Shown here: one piece after another, positions 12,883-25,828 of the stretch
Numbering within the stretch: position 1 is the first letter of the stretch
Layout: every line of letters begins with the position of its first letter
From: Amoebophrya sp. A120
Taxonomy: Eukaryota > Protista > Dinoflagellata
Assembly (NCBI GenBank): GCA_905178155.1
Contig: CAJINV010000008.1
Span: 806,001-870,000, forward strand
Length of the DNA: 64,000 nucleotides
Reading direction: 5' to 3'
Notes under the pieces: generated by a model
Told to the model about the DNA's origin: nothing
The model's database searches: none
What the model saw: only the letters and a program-made list of their open reading frames with translations
Program-made: the position numbers and the translations under genes

Positions 12883-15186
12883 ATGCAGAGAATTCTTGCC
12901 CGCACTTACGGCACGATCGCGCCAGGACCGCAATTGCAGAAGCATCCAAATAGCAAAGAGGAGACCACGTCGGAAGCGAAACCGAATCTTCCGAAAGGCC
13001 GATCTTGGCGGCCGCTACGGGCTTTTGGAGCCGTCTTCTTACTGACGTATGTAGCTTACACGAGCTACAGTCACGATTTCACGCTGAAGGGCCCTTTCCG
13101 CGGGCTGCGGTTCTGGCAAAAGGTGGGTCCCCTACTGCTGCAATACCTGTATTTGAGCAAGTGGGCCGCACCGGGGGAGACGGAGGCAGAACTGCGACAG
13201 TGGGACCGGCTGCACGAACACGGGGCCAGCGTTGCCTACCAGGTGATACTGGAACTGCGGGGCTTCTACATCAAGGTGGGACAGTTCATGTCTGCACGGC
13301 CGGACTTGCTGCCGGGGCCCTACATCGAAAAGTTCCGGCGGCTGCAGAACGAGCTGCCCCAGGGAGTGGCCGTCGCGGAGATTGAGGAGGACTTGCGGCG
13401 CGCAACCCAGAATTCCATCGCGTTCCTGGACCCGGACTGTCTGGGGGCCGCGAGCATCGGACAGGCGCACCGGGCAACGCTCAACAGCGGCGCGCCGGTT
13501 GTGCTGAAGATTCAGTACCCCGACGCTAAATTGCTGTTCCGCGTGGACATCGAGTGCATCCGCACGGTGGTGCAACTCGTTTTGCCGCAGATGCGGCAAG
13601 TGTTCACCGAGTTGAAGAAGCAGTTCATGTTCGAATTTGACTACTTGGGTGAAATGCGAAATCTCGAAGAGATGCAGCGCAACCTGCGAACGCGAAATAT
13701 GCACGACTCTACCGTGGCCGCGTCTTCACGGAAGAGCAGTGGAGATAAGGGCGGTCGCGACCACGCTCGGCCGCGACCTACTTTTGCGAATAACTACTTT
13801 ACGCCGGAGCACGTGGCCGTACCGAACGTGTACCCGGAATTCTGCTCAGATAATGTTCTGGTCATGCAGGAACTCGAGGGTGTGAAGCTGGAGGAGGGTT
13901 TGTTCGGGAAGCAGAATGCAGAATTTTTCACCATGGCGCACATCAACGAGCGCATGACTGGCAACAAGAACAGCTCCGCAAGCGGCCCTGGGAGGGCAGC
14001 CAATGTCGTCTCAGAGAGACAGCCGGGTCGTCCTGGCGGTTCTGCTTTGTCGACAGACATTACTACCGCACCAGAGGGAGGAACCTCTGGCAGCACGAGC
14101 GCCGGCCCTGTACTTTTTCGGGAATGGCTGGTCTCGTTCTTCGGACGGAATCTCGATTTGCTACCTTACGTTCTTTCTGTGGCGCACGCTGCAGAAGTGT
14201 TCTACTACCAACTAAGAAGCTGGTTGTTGCTTCCATTTCTCGCGGTGTTCGGACCGGGTGTAGCTGGTGTGTCAAGCGGCCGTGATGCGGTTTCACCAAA
14301 GAATCGGAAGCACGAAGATGCGCGTGCACAACTAGTGCTCCGGGCAAAAAAATTGGTGCACCTTCTGCTCAAGGTGCATGGGGAGCAGATCTTTCACCAC
14401 GGCTTCTTCCAGGCAGACCCGCATCCGGGAAACTTTCTCCTTATGCCAGACGGCCGGCTCGGCTTAATTGATTTCGGCCAGGCGAAACGCTTGACCGTCG
14501 AGGAGCGCCGGAAACTTGCCAAGCTGGTGCTCGCAATTGCAGACGACGACCGTTCTGAAATTGTACGAGTGATGCGCGTATGCATTTGCAAACATGAAGA
14601 TGTCAAGGTCATTGGCGAAAGTGCACAAGTGGTCGCACGAAAAAATTCGACGCACATGAAGAAATTAGCTGCCGCATAGATAAGGTCACAACCGTCTGCG
14701 TCCTCCTGGAGCTCGAACATAGAACTGGTCTTGCAAGTATCGACGATGAAGTCCAGTTATTGGCCGAAGTACTATACAGAATCTTACATGTTTGCACTGG
14801 ATACCGTGATGAGTACAAGTTCGCCCCGGCTTCCGGCTCGGCTGCTGAGAGCTCACCAACTCTAGCTCTGAGCGAGCACCCTGGTAAAGCGGCTGCCGGC
14901 CGCGACGCAAAAATAACAGAAGGGAATAGTACATCGGGGGAGCGAATAACTACATCCCCTGACGGGGTCTTTCTAGAGAAACTGGCACGCTCGGCATTCG
15001 GCGGACTGGATAGCAAACTGACCGACGGCAAGCCCATCCAGGAATTTTCCGCAAACATGCGAAAGCAGTACAATCAGAACCCGGAGAACGGCGAGATCCC
15101 TGGCGAACTTTATCTCCCCATGAGAACGGCAGTGCTCCTTCGGGGAATCGGGCTCCTGCTGCAGCAATTTGTTTCACCGGCAGAAG
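12883..15186 (+). CDS. ABC1/UbiB (ADCK) atypical kinase; join(12883..14578,14809..15186), 3' exon(s) unresolved
   Basis: GFYIKVGQFMSAR, AASIGQAHRA, VVLKIQYP, EFDY, FFQADPHPGN, IDFG. Confidence 0.85.
14579..14803. mobile_element. Decayed introner (family A-like)
   Basis: TATGCATTTGCAAACATG...CATGTTTGCACTGGATA, DR GCGCG/CCGTG. Removal joins VMR-DEYKF in frame. Confidence 0.75.
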
Positions 15187-16350
15187 TACGTTTCGCACGT
15201 TGTATGTGTCTGCGTCTCGAACCACTTATAATGCAGCAACCTTGTAGATGTAGTTCTGCTTCTGAAGCTGCGTCACACACCAGCATAAGAAGGCACGGCG
15301 AAAGGAGATCCGTAACGCATGTGCTGCGACCTTCCTGGCTGGGTTTTTATGTATGCTGCAGAAGGAAAATATACAGGGTTTTCTTGCATTCTAACTTGCG
15401 GTTCTATCCGTGGTACAAGACAGCGACAGACCTTGAGAAACCAACCTTTCCGGCATCGTATGTTTTTTTTTGTGCCATGTCACATGCGACCATGCCACTT
15501 CTATTTTATGAAGATCACAACAAAGGGAAAGGGAAAGCATCACAGATGCAGACATATTTTCAGCCGATAACGGGAGTGGCGAGAGATGTATGCCCAGTAC
15601 AGCTGCGACAATGACAAACTCTGTTTCGACCAAACCCTGTCACAACATCAAAAGATGTTTCCAGTACAATTCAATGCAACCTCAAGAGCAGCACCAGGGC
15701 CAGGCGATGGCGATGCCCCTGGCCCTTTTGTGCAAAAGTTCTAAACTCTACGACTGCAGCGTGGAACATGTCGTGTTACTCACTTTCTTACGGAGTGATC
15801 TTGTACGATAATGCTTTGCATGAGCTTGAACTCAATCGAAAATATTGTCGCAGCTGAAGTGCGGGCCATAGGATGGCAGCTGCATTTCTGGAAGCAACGA
15901 CGGCACAGGAAAGCGACACAAGCGGCGACACGAGGGGAGCAAAAATGTAAAAAAACCTTCAATATCACTTATTCCTGCGCAAAAAAAAGATGGAATATCA
16001 ATTGCATATAGAGGTGTGGGCGAACTTGCAAGCATTGCAAGTGTGAATGCGGAAGATAGTTCTCATGGCGTTCTCGAGCGAGTGGTTGTTTTTTTTGCAC
16101 CACGGTTATGTACGGAACTTTATCTTTTTCCGTGTGTTTCTTCAGCAGAATGAGCAACGAAAGTGATCCGAAACGCAGATTGTCATCAGTCGAGCTAGTG
16201 TTTTCTTTTTTTCGGTACTGCTTTGTTTTTCTTTCACTTCCAGGTTATTTTTTTCATTTGAGGAAGGACCTCAAGGAGGTAGACGCAAAGCTTCGGCGAA
16301 TAGGATCGTACCTGGGTGAGTCGCTGAGCCACCTCGCCACCAGCTGCAAC

Positions 16351-17451
16351 ATGCCGGTGGAGCTGGTCCAACTGTTGACGGAGAATAGGAAGAAGACAGA
16401 ACAGCGGCGACCAGAAGGACTTGCAGGGGGGACAACGCTTTATGCAGTGAACAAAAAACTCTTTCACTCGATGACGCGGTGGGCACTCATAAGAGAAACG
16501 GCACAGGATTGGGCGTGTGGAGACGAGCAGCAGCGGGCTGAGTACGAAGAGGAGCTCGCTGTCAGATACTTTGGAACACCAGGCGAAACCGAGACGCGTG
16601 CGGAGATGGTGAAGCGAGTCCTTGAAGAAAATCCGGACGCACAGCCAGCGGACATAGAGTACAGCCCCCCGATGGGAATGCCGGAAGTCGTGCAGAGTTT
16701 GGCCGCGGGCGGAGAGTGCTTATGGAGCGGAGAGATTGTGACAGGCATGACGAGCTGGGGCACAACGAGAGAAGGCATGACGCCGGAGCTTCGGGACCAC
16801 TTGCAAGGGCATCACCCCAAACGCACCCCCACGAGCATTCCCTTAAAGCAAGAGATCTGCAGGAAGTCAGCGCAGTTTAATGCAGAACAAGACGCGGAGT
16901 TGAGGCGTGAAATTATCGAGAGAAACTCCGACATACTGCGCGACAAAATGGCGCGGGGCCCACAGGCCAACGTAAAAAAGATATTCTGCAAAAAATGCGA
17001 GTTAATGTACAGCTCGACAGCCGGAGCCATGGAGAAGCATGCTCAAAATCATAGAGACAATAGCTATATACGAATTGGGCGCAAAAAGAACAACAATGGC
17101 GAAGCAGTAGGCGAGTACAGACCGGAGCAGCATCTGTGGAACCAGTGGACCGGGCGATACTACTTTGGCTCTGATGCAAAGGGCTGGAAGAACATAATCC
17201 CGCGCGACGCACTTCACAAGGACCGGGCTGGCTGCGAGTACCTACGCTGTAGGAAGTGCAAAACGTACAAGATCCTTTTCAACCACGACCAGAAGACCGA
17301 GCGACTTCACAACCACGCCGAATCGATCAAAATCAGCCGCATGGTGGCGCATGAAGCTGCCTGCAAGCCAAAAGCGAAGGAGACCAAGAAGGACACGAGG
17401 AAAGCACCGATGAAAAAATTGATGAAAGCAGTTCTAGTGCGAAAGAGTTAG
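16351..17451 (+). CDS. Hypothetical intronless protein with C-terminal zinc-finger-like motifs (true start uncertain; ORF open from 16108)
   Basis: Long ORF with CKKC-x13-H-x3-H and CRKC...H...C motifs and a basic tail. No family recognised. Confidence 0.5.
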   Translation: MPVELVQLLTENRKKTEQRRPEGLAGGTTLYAVNKKLFHSMTRWALIRETAQDWACGDEQQRAEYEEELAVRYFGTPGETETRAEMVKRVLEENPDAQPADIEYSPPMGMPEVVQSLAAGGECLWSGEIVTGMTSWGTTREGMTPELRDHLQGHHPKRTPTSIPLKQEICRKSAQFNAEQDAELRREIIERNSDILRDKMARGPQANVKKIFCKKCELMYSSTAGAMEKHAQNHRDNSYIRIGRKKNNNGEAVGEYRPEQHLWNQWTGRYYFGSDAKGWKNIIPRDALHKDRAGCEYLRCRKCKTYKILFNHDQKTERLHNHAESIKISRMVAHEAACKPKAKETKKDTRKAPMKKLMKAVLVRKS

Positions 17452-17914
17452 TGGGATCGAGAGCGGACTTGTCTCGATCCCCCTGTTGGGAATTACTACT
17501 ACTACTACATTTCGTATTCTGCCCATCTCCACTTTTTTCATTCTCGGTTTTTTTTTTTTGCTCTCTCGGATCATGATAATAGTTTTCTTCCTGCTCTATG
17601 ATCGAAAGCGAAACTGAAACGAAACGAGTCTCGAAAACAATTCAGGTTGATAGCGGAGAAGAAAAACTGATGTACGTGACCTTTCTTTGTTTTTTGAAAA
17701 GCCAACTCTCCCCCTAATTTTACCGCTTGTTGCATCTACTAATCTACGTGTCGCTTTCACACCATACAACACATAGTAGCTGCGGCGATAGAATAAAACA
17801 GTAAGGAACTAGTGGTCCCTGTTGAGGGAGGTAAACCCAGAAGAAATAAGTCAGTACCACTACAGTAAGTCTGTGATTCGGCAGCCCGTTGGTTCTTTCT
17901 TGCTAGAAAGGAGA

Positions 17915-20845
17915 ATGCGTGCGGCGGCGACGCTGCGTGCGCAGCTTCAGGCGGAACTGCGGGTGTGTGAGGACGTGCAGGTCTTGGCCCAGGTAAAAGC
18001 GCTGCTGTCATCTGCGACAAGCAACCCCCTTTCCGCAGCAACGCAAGAACATCAGAACAACGGCCGCGAAGTAGAGTGTCAGCACTCTGCGCCGGACGCA
18101 GCTTCAGCTTCACAGCAAGTGCCGAAGAGGCAATCGATCCTGTCCGAGAAGCGCGTTGAGGGGTTGCGCAAGTTGTTTCACAAAATGGCGGCAGTGGGTG
18201 GACAACTATCGTCCGCGGCAAGGAGTGGAGCCGGTGCCGACGACCACGAGCACCCCGTAAGTGGTGGACTACAGCACGAAACCATCGAGCAGCTGGACGC
18301 GCTTATTCACAAAGCGTTTTTTGGCTTCGACAAGGAGCAGAAGGAGCGGATCCCGATCGCTGATGTACGCGAAGTGGTTTCCGGGATTGAGATCGCAGAG
18401 GAAATAATTTCGGCCGACGCAGTCACCGACGTCTTCGACGAGACTATGCAGTTGCCTATCAAATCGAAAACGTCATTGTGTGTCTCCGTACAAGAAGGAT
18501 GATGAAGTCTGTTCATCTTCTTCTAGAAGTACTTCGTATTTTTTTTTTTACTTCCTGGGACTACTAGCGCAATACCCAGGTACCCAGTCATTGTGCATGA
18601 TGAGTCTAACGGTTGCTGAGCTGTCGGGTGGCAATTTCAATTTGATAATGTTCGGCAATCCGCGTCCTCAGTATTCCGTGTCTGAAGTTCTGACGAATCT
18701 CCGAGACCTGATTCCCGAGATGCTGTATCAAACTGAAGTGCCACTATCAGGGATGAATGAGATGCATTTAGTTCTTTTCACGGGCTGCTCTTATAATTGA
18801 CAGATTTGATGTAGCGTTGTATTCTACAGGCTGCATCAAGATCTGTATGGATTCAATTTTCGGTGAGACGACTGTTCACCGACCTCGTGCTACAAATCAC
18901 AGCACTAGCTTTGCATGCAAGCTCAAAATGTCCACCTCATGCAGCATGTGTTTCTACATTGAGCATGTCTGTACAAGGTTCTAACAGTCGTGACGGAATT
19001 TATTTGCTCGAGCATGAAAAACCTAGATGTTTTTCCCTGACCCTGGCACATTTGCAATGCATAGGCTGGATGCCCTGCCAAAGTCCAGAAATTTTTTACA
19101 CCAGTCCGAATTTGCTACCCTGATAAAAGCAGCATTGGGGTAAGTAAGTACGCCTTATTAACTCTTGAAGCAACACCAGTATTTATTTTGCGTTTTTTTT
19201 TCCAAGGTGTGGCTAGCTTGTTTTTCATATCTCTGCGTTAGATGGACGACTCCTGGAGTATGCGCCTCGAGGTTCTGAGCAAGTCAGTCGCTACGTGTTG
19301 TTGCGATTACAGTGAGTACTGCTAGAATCGAAAACCCATAAAAAAACGCACAGCATTCATCTGCCGCCCTCGCCGGGTGGAGCAGCGACGCAAAACGGTT
19401 TATTCTCACCCTCCGAGGATGAGGGCGAGAACAGTTACTTTCTCTTGCAGAGCAGCGCGCCTCAGCAGTCCGTGGAGGACAACCTGAATCAGACGATCCT
19501 CCGCGCGAAGCAGCTCGCGCAGGAGAACTTTTCCTACAAGAATTCTTTGGACACCCAGATGACGAATCTGCTCCACATGCAGCACCACTATCGACTCATT
19601 GCCAACGCGAAATCCTCGATCGACACGTGGCACTACGGGAAAAACTCCAAGTGCTTCCACGCCCTGATCCACCCGGGCACCGCCGCCTGGAGCTCTAGCC
19701 CGGAGAAAAACAGGAGCCTGGCCCTGCGAGTGAAGCAAAACCGTCTGCTGCCGCTGGAGCGAATGCACTTGCTGCTATTGAACGACAAATCCGTCCGCAA
19801 AACGTACCAGACGGCGGACCGACACCACCACCAGCAGCAGAGTCCCACAGCCGCAAACAAATCTTCGGGAACATCACCGCGCGCCGATCGCGGACCGGTG
19901 GACCTGGGCATTGTAGGCCGGCCGTCCCGGCACTGGCGCGGCGCCCCGGCGGCCTGGGACGAGCCGAGCAGTTCGCCGCGCGAAATAAACGAGGGCTCGC
20001 AGCGCGGGCCGGGCATCAAAAGCAGTCTGCCGAGCCGACCCCAGACGGCGCACGGAGCCTATCCCACACTGCTGCAGTCCAATAGGCCCGGATCCTCCAC
20101 CTCGACAGCGCCGCGTAACTACGGGGAACTCGCAGGGAGTACGACGACACCTTCGACGTCTGAAGACCGGCACGGTAAGAACCCGACGACTGGGCCGGTG
20201 CCCTCAACACCCGTGAAGAAGGGCGGTCCGGCCACTTCCTCCGGCAGGCCACAGCACCCCAGCCCGCGGAGGGTGAACCTCACCAACAAATCCGCCACCA
20301 CCGGTGCCGGAGCACAACAGCACTCGGCCAGAAAGGTGAAAAATGACGACGCAGCCGCCAGCATGTTACCGCAGTCAGCCCGGAAAGAAGACGGGAGCGA
20401 GGAACAGCCACATGAGCAAAGCACCGCCGCCGCGACCGGGGCGAAGCTGGTTCCCTCTACCAATATGGTCGACAAGATTATCGCGGAAGTGCTGCTGCAG
20501 CACCAGCCCAAGCGTACTGAACCTTCCGCGGCGCCGAGCGGTAACGGGGTTTATGCTGCGACGGCGGCTCCTACGGCGAGTGTCACCACGCACGGGTCCA
20601 CCTCATGGAAGGCGGGGGAGCCGCAGCAGCAGGCGCGCCGCCAGAGTCTGACAACCACGGCGAGCACCACCCCACGAGATCCGACCAGTAGTGCGTTCGT
20701 CGCACAACAGATGGCCAAGGTCGGGGCAAGCAGCCCCCCGCAGCGGCGGCAGAGCGTCGAGGGCCGCAGGCAGAGCGTCGACGACGTTTTCCAAAAAGTC
20801 GCGCAACAACGTCGGAGCTCTCTGATGGCCACGATGGAACCCTAA
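17915..20845 (+). CDS. Hypothetical multi-exon protein with long low-complexity C-terminal exon (~19451-20845); middle exons uncertain
   Basis: ORFs 17822-18502, part of 18480-18800 and 19445-20845 have coding-like composition. The first two join across an introner. Confidence 0.45.
18457..18647. mobile_element. Decayed introner
   Basis: TATCAAATCGAAA...TTTCAATTTGATA (12/13 IR), DR TTGCC/ATGTT, in-frame rejoin. Confidence 0.65.
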
Positions 20846-21917
20846 CAAGAGGCGTTGGCAATCAATGTCTTCAAAGGCAGATGAACTTGTGTATATAAAA
20901 CATGTGATATAGACGGCGAAAATCTAAATCGAATGTCGAATAGTTCCATTGAAGTTGCAAACTACCTTTACGATGAGTTATTTTGATAGTCCACTGCTAT
21001 CTGTCTTTTACAATCCCTTGTATATAATCTAGCATCCTCTGGAAGGAGCTATTTCGCTTTCGGCGTCTGCGCGAACTGCTCCACCGAAATTGAAACATTT
21101 TGTAGTGGTATCGAGAAAGAGAGAAATTAGTACCACGGGAATATTGATTAATTTGACGTTGTCTCGTATCTAGGGTCTTGTCTAGAAATGTCAAATATTT
21201 TATCGACGCTGCGAGAACTTTCAGCGTTGTATGTACATTAGAAGTCTGTTGGTGCAGAGGTAGGGGTTTTTCGGCGCATTTTAGGCATGTATTTCATCGC
21301 GGAACCAGAACGTACTTACCGACAACACTGAAATACACAGTCATACATACATAGGATAAGAATGTACTGTCTTTTGTATCCATGCCAACGTTGTCGTGTC
21401 AATGGCGAGGCTCTTGCGTAGGTAGCGCAATGCAGTAGAGCGGCATTCGTGTGTTCTGGGAGAAAAGCGATATAGTGAGCCGAGCACACTACTAGCCACG
21501 CCCGAGGTTGAGATTTAATCACAAAGTGTGTCAGGTTGTTGGAGGAGGGCGCGCACCTGTATCATGATTTATCATATCCCTGTGCATTTTCGTCTTCAGC
21601 CACCTGTTGTACTATTTTTATATTTTTTGCCTGTCCTGATCCTGTGTTGCGAATGCGACCACGAATGATGGCAGAAGAACCACATTGTTGATATGGACGA
21701 GGATGTGTGCCGCGAGCACTGGTTTTTCGCGGTTCCGCGTCTTCGTCCGCATGGGAAAGCCCTCGTGACGTGCCGCGCAAGAAGCAGGCGCGAGTGTTTA
21801 GGAGCGCGGAGCACAGAGGACCGCGTCACAGTGACACGTGAACAAGTGCGGCACGGTCTTCCAGCTGGGATTCCTCCCGCCCACAGTTTTCTGACGCAGC
21901 GGAGCGACTTCGGAGTT

Positions 21918-24697
21918 ATGTCCGGCCCTGTAGCTACCCGTCGATGTCGCCTCAGTGGTGCCACGACTTTCCTGCTACTCGCATCCACGGTTGCAGATGC
22001 ATCTGCCTCGTCACTGCTCGCGCGGAACGCTGTGCAAGGACACAAAGTTGGCCATCACGCAGTGCAACATCGTGAAAATAAATCTTCCTCCGCCGTAAAG
22101 CAAGCCGCGCGTCGCAGTCATGAAACGACCGATCGCAGCGTGTTTGGACAAGAAGAGTTTTTGCTTCACCGAAGAAGCAGCGCCGAGCTTGCCGGACAAA
22201 GTGAGAGTGGCGTCGAGGAAGAGAATGAAAATTGGCGCAGCCAGAACAGGATGGGCCGCGTCCGCGAGGGTTCTTCTTCCCTGCAAGAGAGTGCAAGGAA
22301 CAATGTCGATCCTGACGAAGACGCACAAAGTATGGATGAAGCTGACATGTCGCGAAAGCTTGTTAAGGGCTATCATTGCCGCACGTTCGGGTACAAGGCG
22401 CTTCTCGGGCCTTGCGCGGTCGCGGACACCTCCAATGCCACGTTGATCAGCACGGCGCTCAGCGACTCGACCGTCACGAAGGTGTCGCCGCGGACCTGCG
22501 AGGAGGCGGCCCTGCTGAACAGCGCGAGTGCGTTTTCGTTGGATCTGCGGGCCTACAACCACGACGGGATCGTGAATAAAGCGGCGAATCGGTGCTGTAC
22601 GCTGTACTTCGGCTGTATGTATCAGCGAAAAAACGCTACCTTATGAACTGCAAAAGCATCGTACTAGTATAAATTGCATCACAAATTAGCTCATGCCTAT
22701 GCCGTTCCAGCGCCTGCGGAGGCTTGCCTCCTCAGTGATGTTGGACAATGGCAATGTCGGTGCGGTTGTTTTAGCATCACAAATTAGCTCAGCATGAAGA
22801 ATGGAACTTGTCATGCTAAATTACCTAAGAAACCAGATTTGTCATGTTAGTCTGGCATTTATACGAGAACGAGTACGATACTTATGCACAGGATATACCT
22901 ACGATCCGTACAACGAGGAGTGGGTGTGGGACAGTGAGCTCAAGGACCAGCAGTACTACCGACTGCTGGGAAAGCGACTCAATCGCGACGAGGTGGATGC
23001 TATGCATTGCAAAAATGTCTGGGTCTGGAAGATTGCAACTTCTCATGGTAAATCTGAAGCATGCAAAAATCTGTGTTGCATGAGTGCCAAAAGCTGAAAA
23101 CTTTCGACCAAGTTGGAAGGGAGTTTCTCATGCAGGATAGGCATGACAGAGACCTCGCAGAGTCTGTCATGCTAAGTCCCGCATTCCAGACCTCATGGGT
23201 CATGGAAAATCTGCATGACACGTCTACACTCTTCCGGACCCAGACATTTTTGCACTTCATAGATGCGACACAGAGTACGGCGGAGCGGTGGGATTTCACG
23301 GACATCGTGAACGCTACCATGCTGCAGATGGTCGCCCGGAACGCGCTGGCGGAACACCCGAAGACCAAGTTTGATCCGCTGGGAATCAGCAGTAGCTGCA
23401 CGCGGACGACTGACAAGGGGGAAGGGCCGCAATTCTGGCGGGCGACCTTCCCAGAATCGCTTGTCCGGGCTATCACACTTTACAATCAGGACGTATTGAT
23501 GGAGATGTGTGTTTTTGTTTATTGATTTCACAACTGGTTCTCGTGGTTTCCGAAAATCGAAATGCAGCACTTGATAGCTAAGTACTAGTTTTTTTTCGTG
23601 ATGGTGCTCTTGCCGCTAAACAGGGACAGCGATGTCAAAAAATTCTGAACAGGACCCAGAGTTCCAAGTGGAGTTGAACAACGCGGATTTGCATTTTTTC
23701 GACTCAGCTGGGAAAGCTGTCGGGCAAAAGAAACGTCTAACAGAGATCTCGAACCGAGGAACTCGTATCCTGATGCAGCCGGCCCTCCGAGCGGCGGGAA
23801 TGTCCATACGCCGACCAAAATCGCGCGCAAAACTAGCGCTCTGCGGCATGCACGTTGATGTGGTACGAGATTGTTGGTTACGTCTGCAGCTTTTCTGTGT
23901 GACGGACATGAGCTCGGTGAGTATGTAGAAAGTGAAACACCTTCTGACTCTGCAACAACATAGACAAGGACTGGGTTTCTGTAGCACCTCCATAAGAAAC
24001 TACAAACATTCATAAGTGATCACTTCGGAGGGAATGATTACTTTGGATGAGTACTGTGTCTCCCACAGGTTGAGCCCCTGCTGGTGGCGCGGGATACCGT
24101 ATCGCAAGAAAAAAGTGTTACAGTTACACATTTGTTGGAGTTTCTGCATCACAAAGTTGCTCCCCATGGCAAAGATAACCTGTGATGCGCAGACTATAAA
24201 GGAAAACACGAATGAAATGAGGTTGGCAAGCGTTTCCTGCATGACAGAGGTTGTCTGTATTGCTTGTCTCCCATCAGGGTGTCTAACTGTAACACTTTTT
24301 TCTCACGATATACCGTGGACGAGTTCCAGTACCTGAACGAATTGGATCAAAATCTGCTGGGAAAACCAAATGAGATATGAATTGCAAAAATGTCTGGGTG
24401 TGGAATATTGCAACTTGTCATGGTAAATCTGAAACATGCAAAAATCTGTGTTGCATGAGTGCCAAAAGCTGTCCACTTTTGACCAAGTGGGGAGGGCGTT
24501 TCTCATGCAGGACAGGCATGGCGGAGACCTCGCAGAGCCTGTCATGCTAAGTCCCGCACTCCAGACCTCATGGGTCATGGACAATCTGCATGACAAGTCT
24601 ACACTTTTCCAGACCCAGACATTTTTGCACTTGATATGAGATCCGGACGAAGATCGCCGACATCAATTCGCGCTTTCACACTTTGCTCACGCGCTGA
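21918..24697 (+). CDS. Probable secreted protein: PAN/apple-like Cys-rich domain plus F5/8 type C / F-lectin-like domain, paralog 1
   Basis: Hydrophobic leader, CEEAA...AFSL...CCTLY, CTRT...FWRATF...ITLYN...LALCG. Last exons 24069..24099, 24316..24375, 24642..24697. Two junctions (~22616, ~23493-23623) unresolved. Confidence 0.6.
22616..22899. mobile_element. Decayed introner, family C-like; ends ambiguous
   Basis: TATCAGCGAAAAAACGCTACC...CAGGATA resembles the ends of 41773-42061. A 280-nt removal restores the frame. The apparent GT-AG pair would create a TGA. Confidence 0.55.
23001..23261 (+). mobile_element. Introner family A (261 bp)
   Basis: TIR core TGCAAAAATGTCTGGGTCTGGAAG, TAT...ATA, DR GATGC. 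Rejoin EVDATQS. Confidence 0.92.
24100..24310. mobile_element. Introner family D (211 bp)
   Basis: TATCGCAAGAAAAAAGTGTTACAGTTA...TAACTGTAACACTTTTTTCTCACGATA, DR TACCG. Rejoin ARDTVDEF. Confidence 0.9.
24376..24636 (+). mobile_element. Introner family A (261 bp)
   Basis: Near-copy of 23001-23261, DR TGAGA. Rejoin KPNEIRTK. Confidence 0.92.
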
Positions 24698-25828
24698 CGG
24701 CGTGCGAGGAAGTTGGAGACTCGCGGAGGTGGTGCCTCATGGTTTACCTAGGTACATTGTTTGGCCCGCTGCAAGAGGAACTGCAGTTGGTAGACAGCGA
24801 GCACGCGGCTTGGAATTCCCACTAAAAATTGTTTGTAGCGGGTATCTTGTTGATGTTGTATGATTTCGAAAAGGATAGTTCAAGGCCTCTGGTGCGGAGG
24901 CTCCTCATCATCAAAATGCACTTTTTCCTTTACAAGGAGCGAGAACATCAGGGACAGGCTGAGACGGCCTCGGCAGCGGCTGCGAAGTTTTTTTTAATTT
25001 GTAGAATATCGTCGCGCGTGCGCATTTATTTTTCCTGTAGTAGTACCCTGCGGAATGTAATCTGTGGCCTTTTCGGGCTAGGTCTAGCGCTGCTTTAGGC
25101 GACCTTCAGCCGCAAAATCTACGGTCTTTTTTCAAGGAACAATTTGTGTGTAGTATCAGAATCACGCAAGCTCAGGTACCGACCCAGTTTCGGTAGCCTC
25201 TGACGGAGATGTACAATGGTTTCTAAAACATCAAACATTGAGACAGTGACTGACCGCAAAGATACCGAAATTTATTAGGACATGCAGTTTTTATAAAATT
25301 GCCAGTTTGTAGTTGTAGTTCCAAGTCGTTTTGAACCTCTATGCCTGCGTCTTCATCTGCTGAACAACGCCCGAGACTCGAGCAAATTGAGTTGGGAACA
25401 CCGGAACAACCAGTTCTGGGGCCACTTATGTGGCTCTATATGAGCATTGCTTGACTACTTCCTTTGAGCAGAGGTACGAATCCAGGGCGTGGTGGGCGTA
25501 GTTTTTGAGTCTACGGTGATGTACAGAGCGCCGTTTATTCATGAGAAGAGGTTGTGGAGAGTGCATACCGGAACCAGTAGTTGTGATTCTTGTGGTTCTG
25601 ATGCCGAAGCCTATAAACGTGGCACATGATGAAAGTCTCTCTGGTGCGATAATTGCAGCCTCTGTGGCTTGACGAGCGAGGTCAGTACAAGGATGTTGAT
25701 TATTCGCTGTACAACTTCATATTTGTAGAAAATCAAAATCCGAAGTTTATATTATTTTTGTCGGTCCCGTCGTGCATGAAGATCTCGTGTTTATTATTTG
25801 CGTGAACCTACTGGGAGATCATTGGTGG

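Noticed and set aside
18726-18816. Possible extra introner TATCAAACTG...CAGATTTGATG
   Set aside because: A canonical GT-AG intron (18725-18829) gives a cleaner in-frame join (EMLLHQDLYGFNF).
22615-22891. Canonical GT-AG intron implying TGA read-through or stop-codon reassignment
   Set aside because: A 280-nt non-canonical removal keeps the frame without a stop, and other genes here end normally at TGA, TAA or TAG.
23061-24639. Recurring ORF peptides such as MQKSVLHECQK... and CKNVWVWK as a repeated protein family
   Set aside because: They are translations of non-coding family A introners. They appear on either strand and frame according to element orientation.
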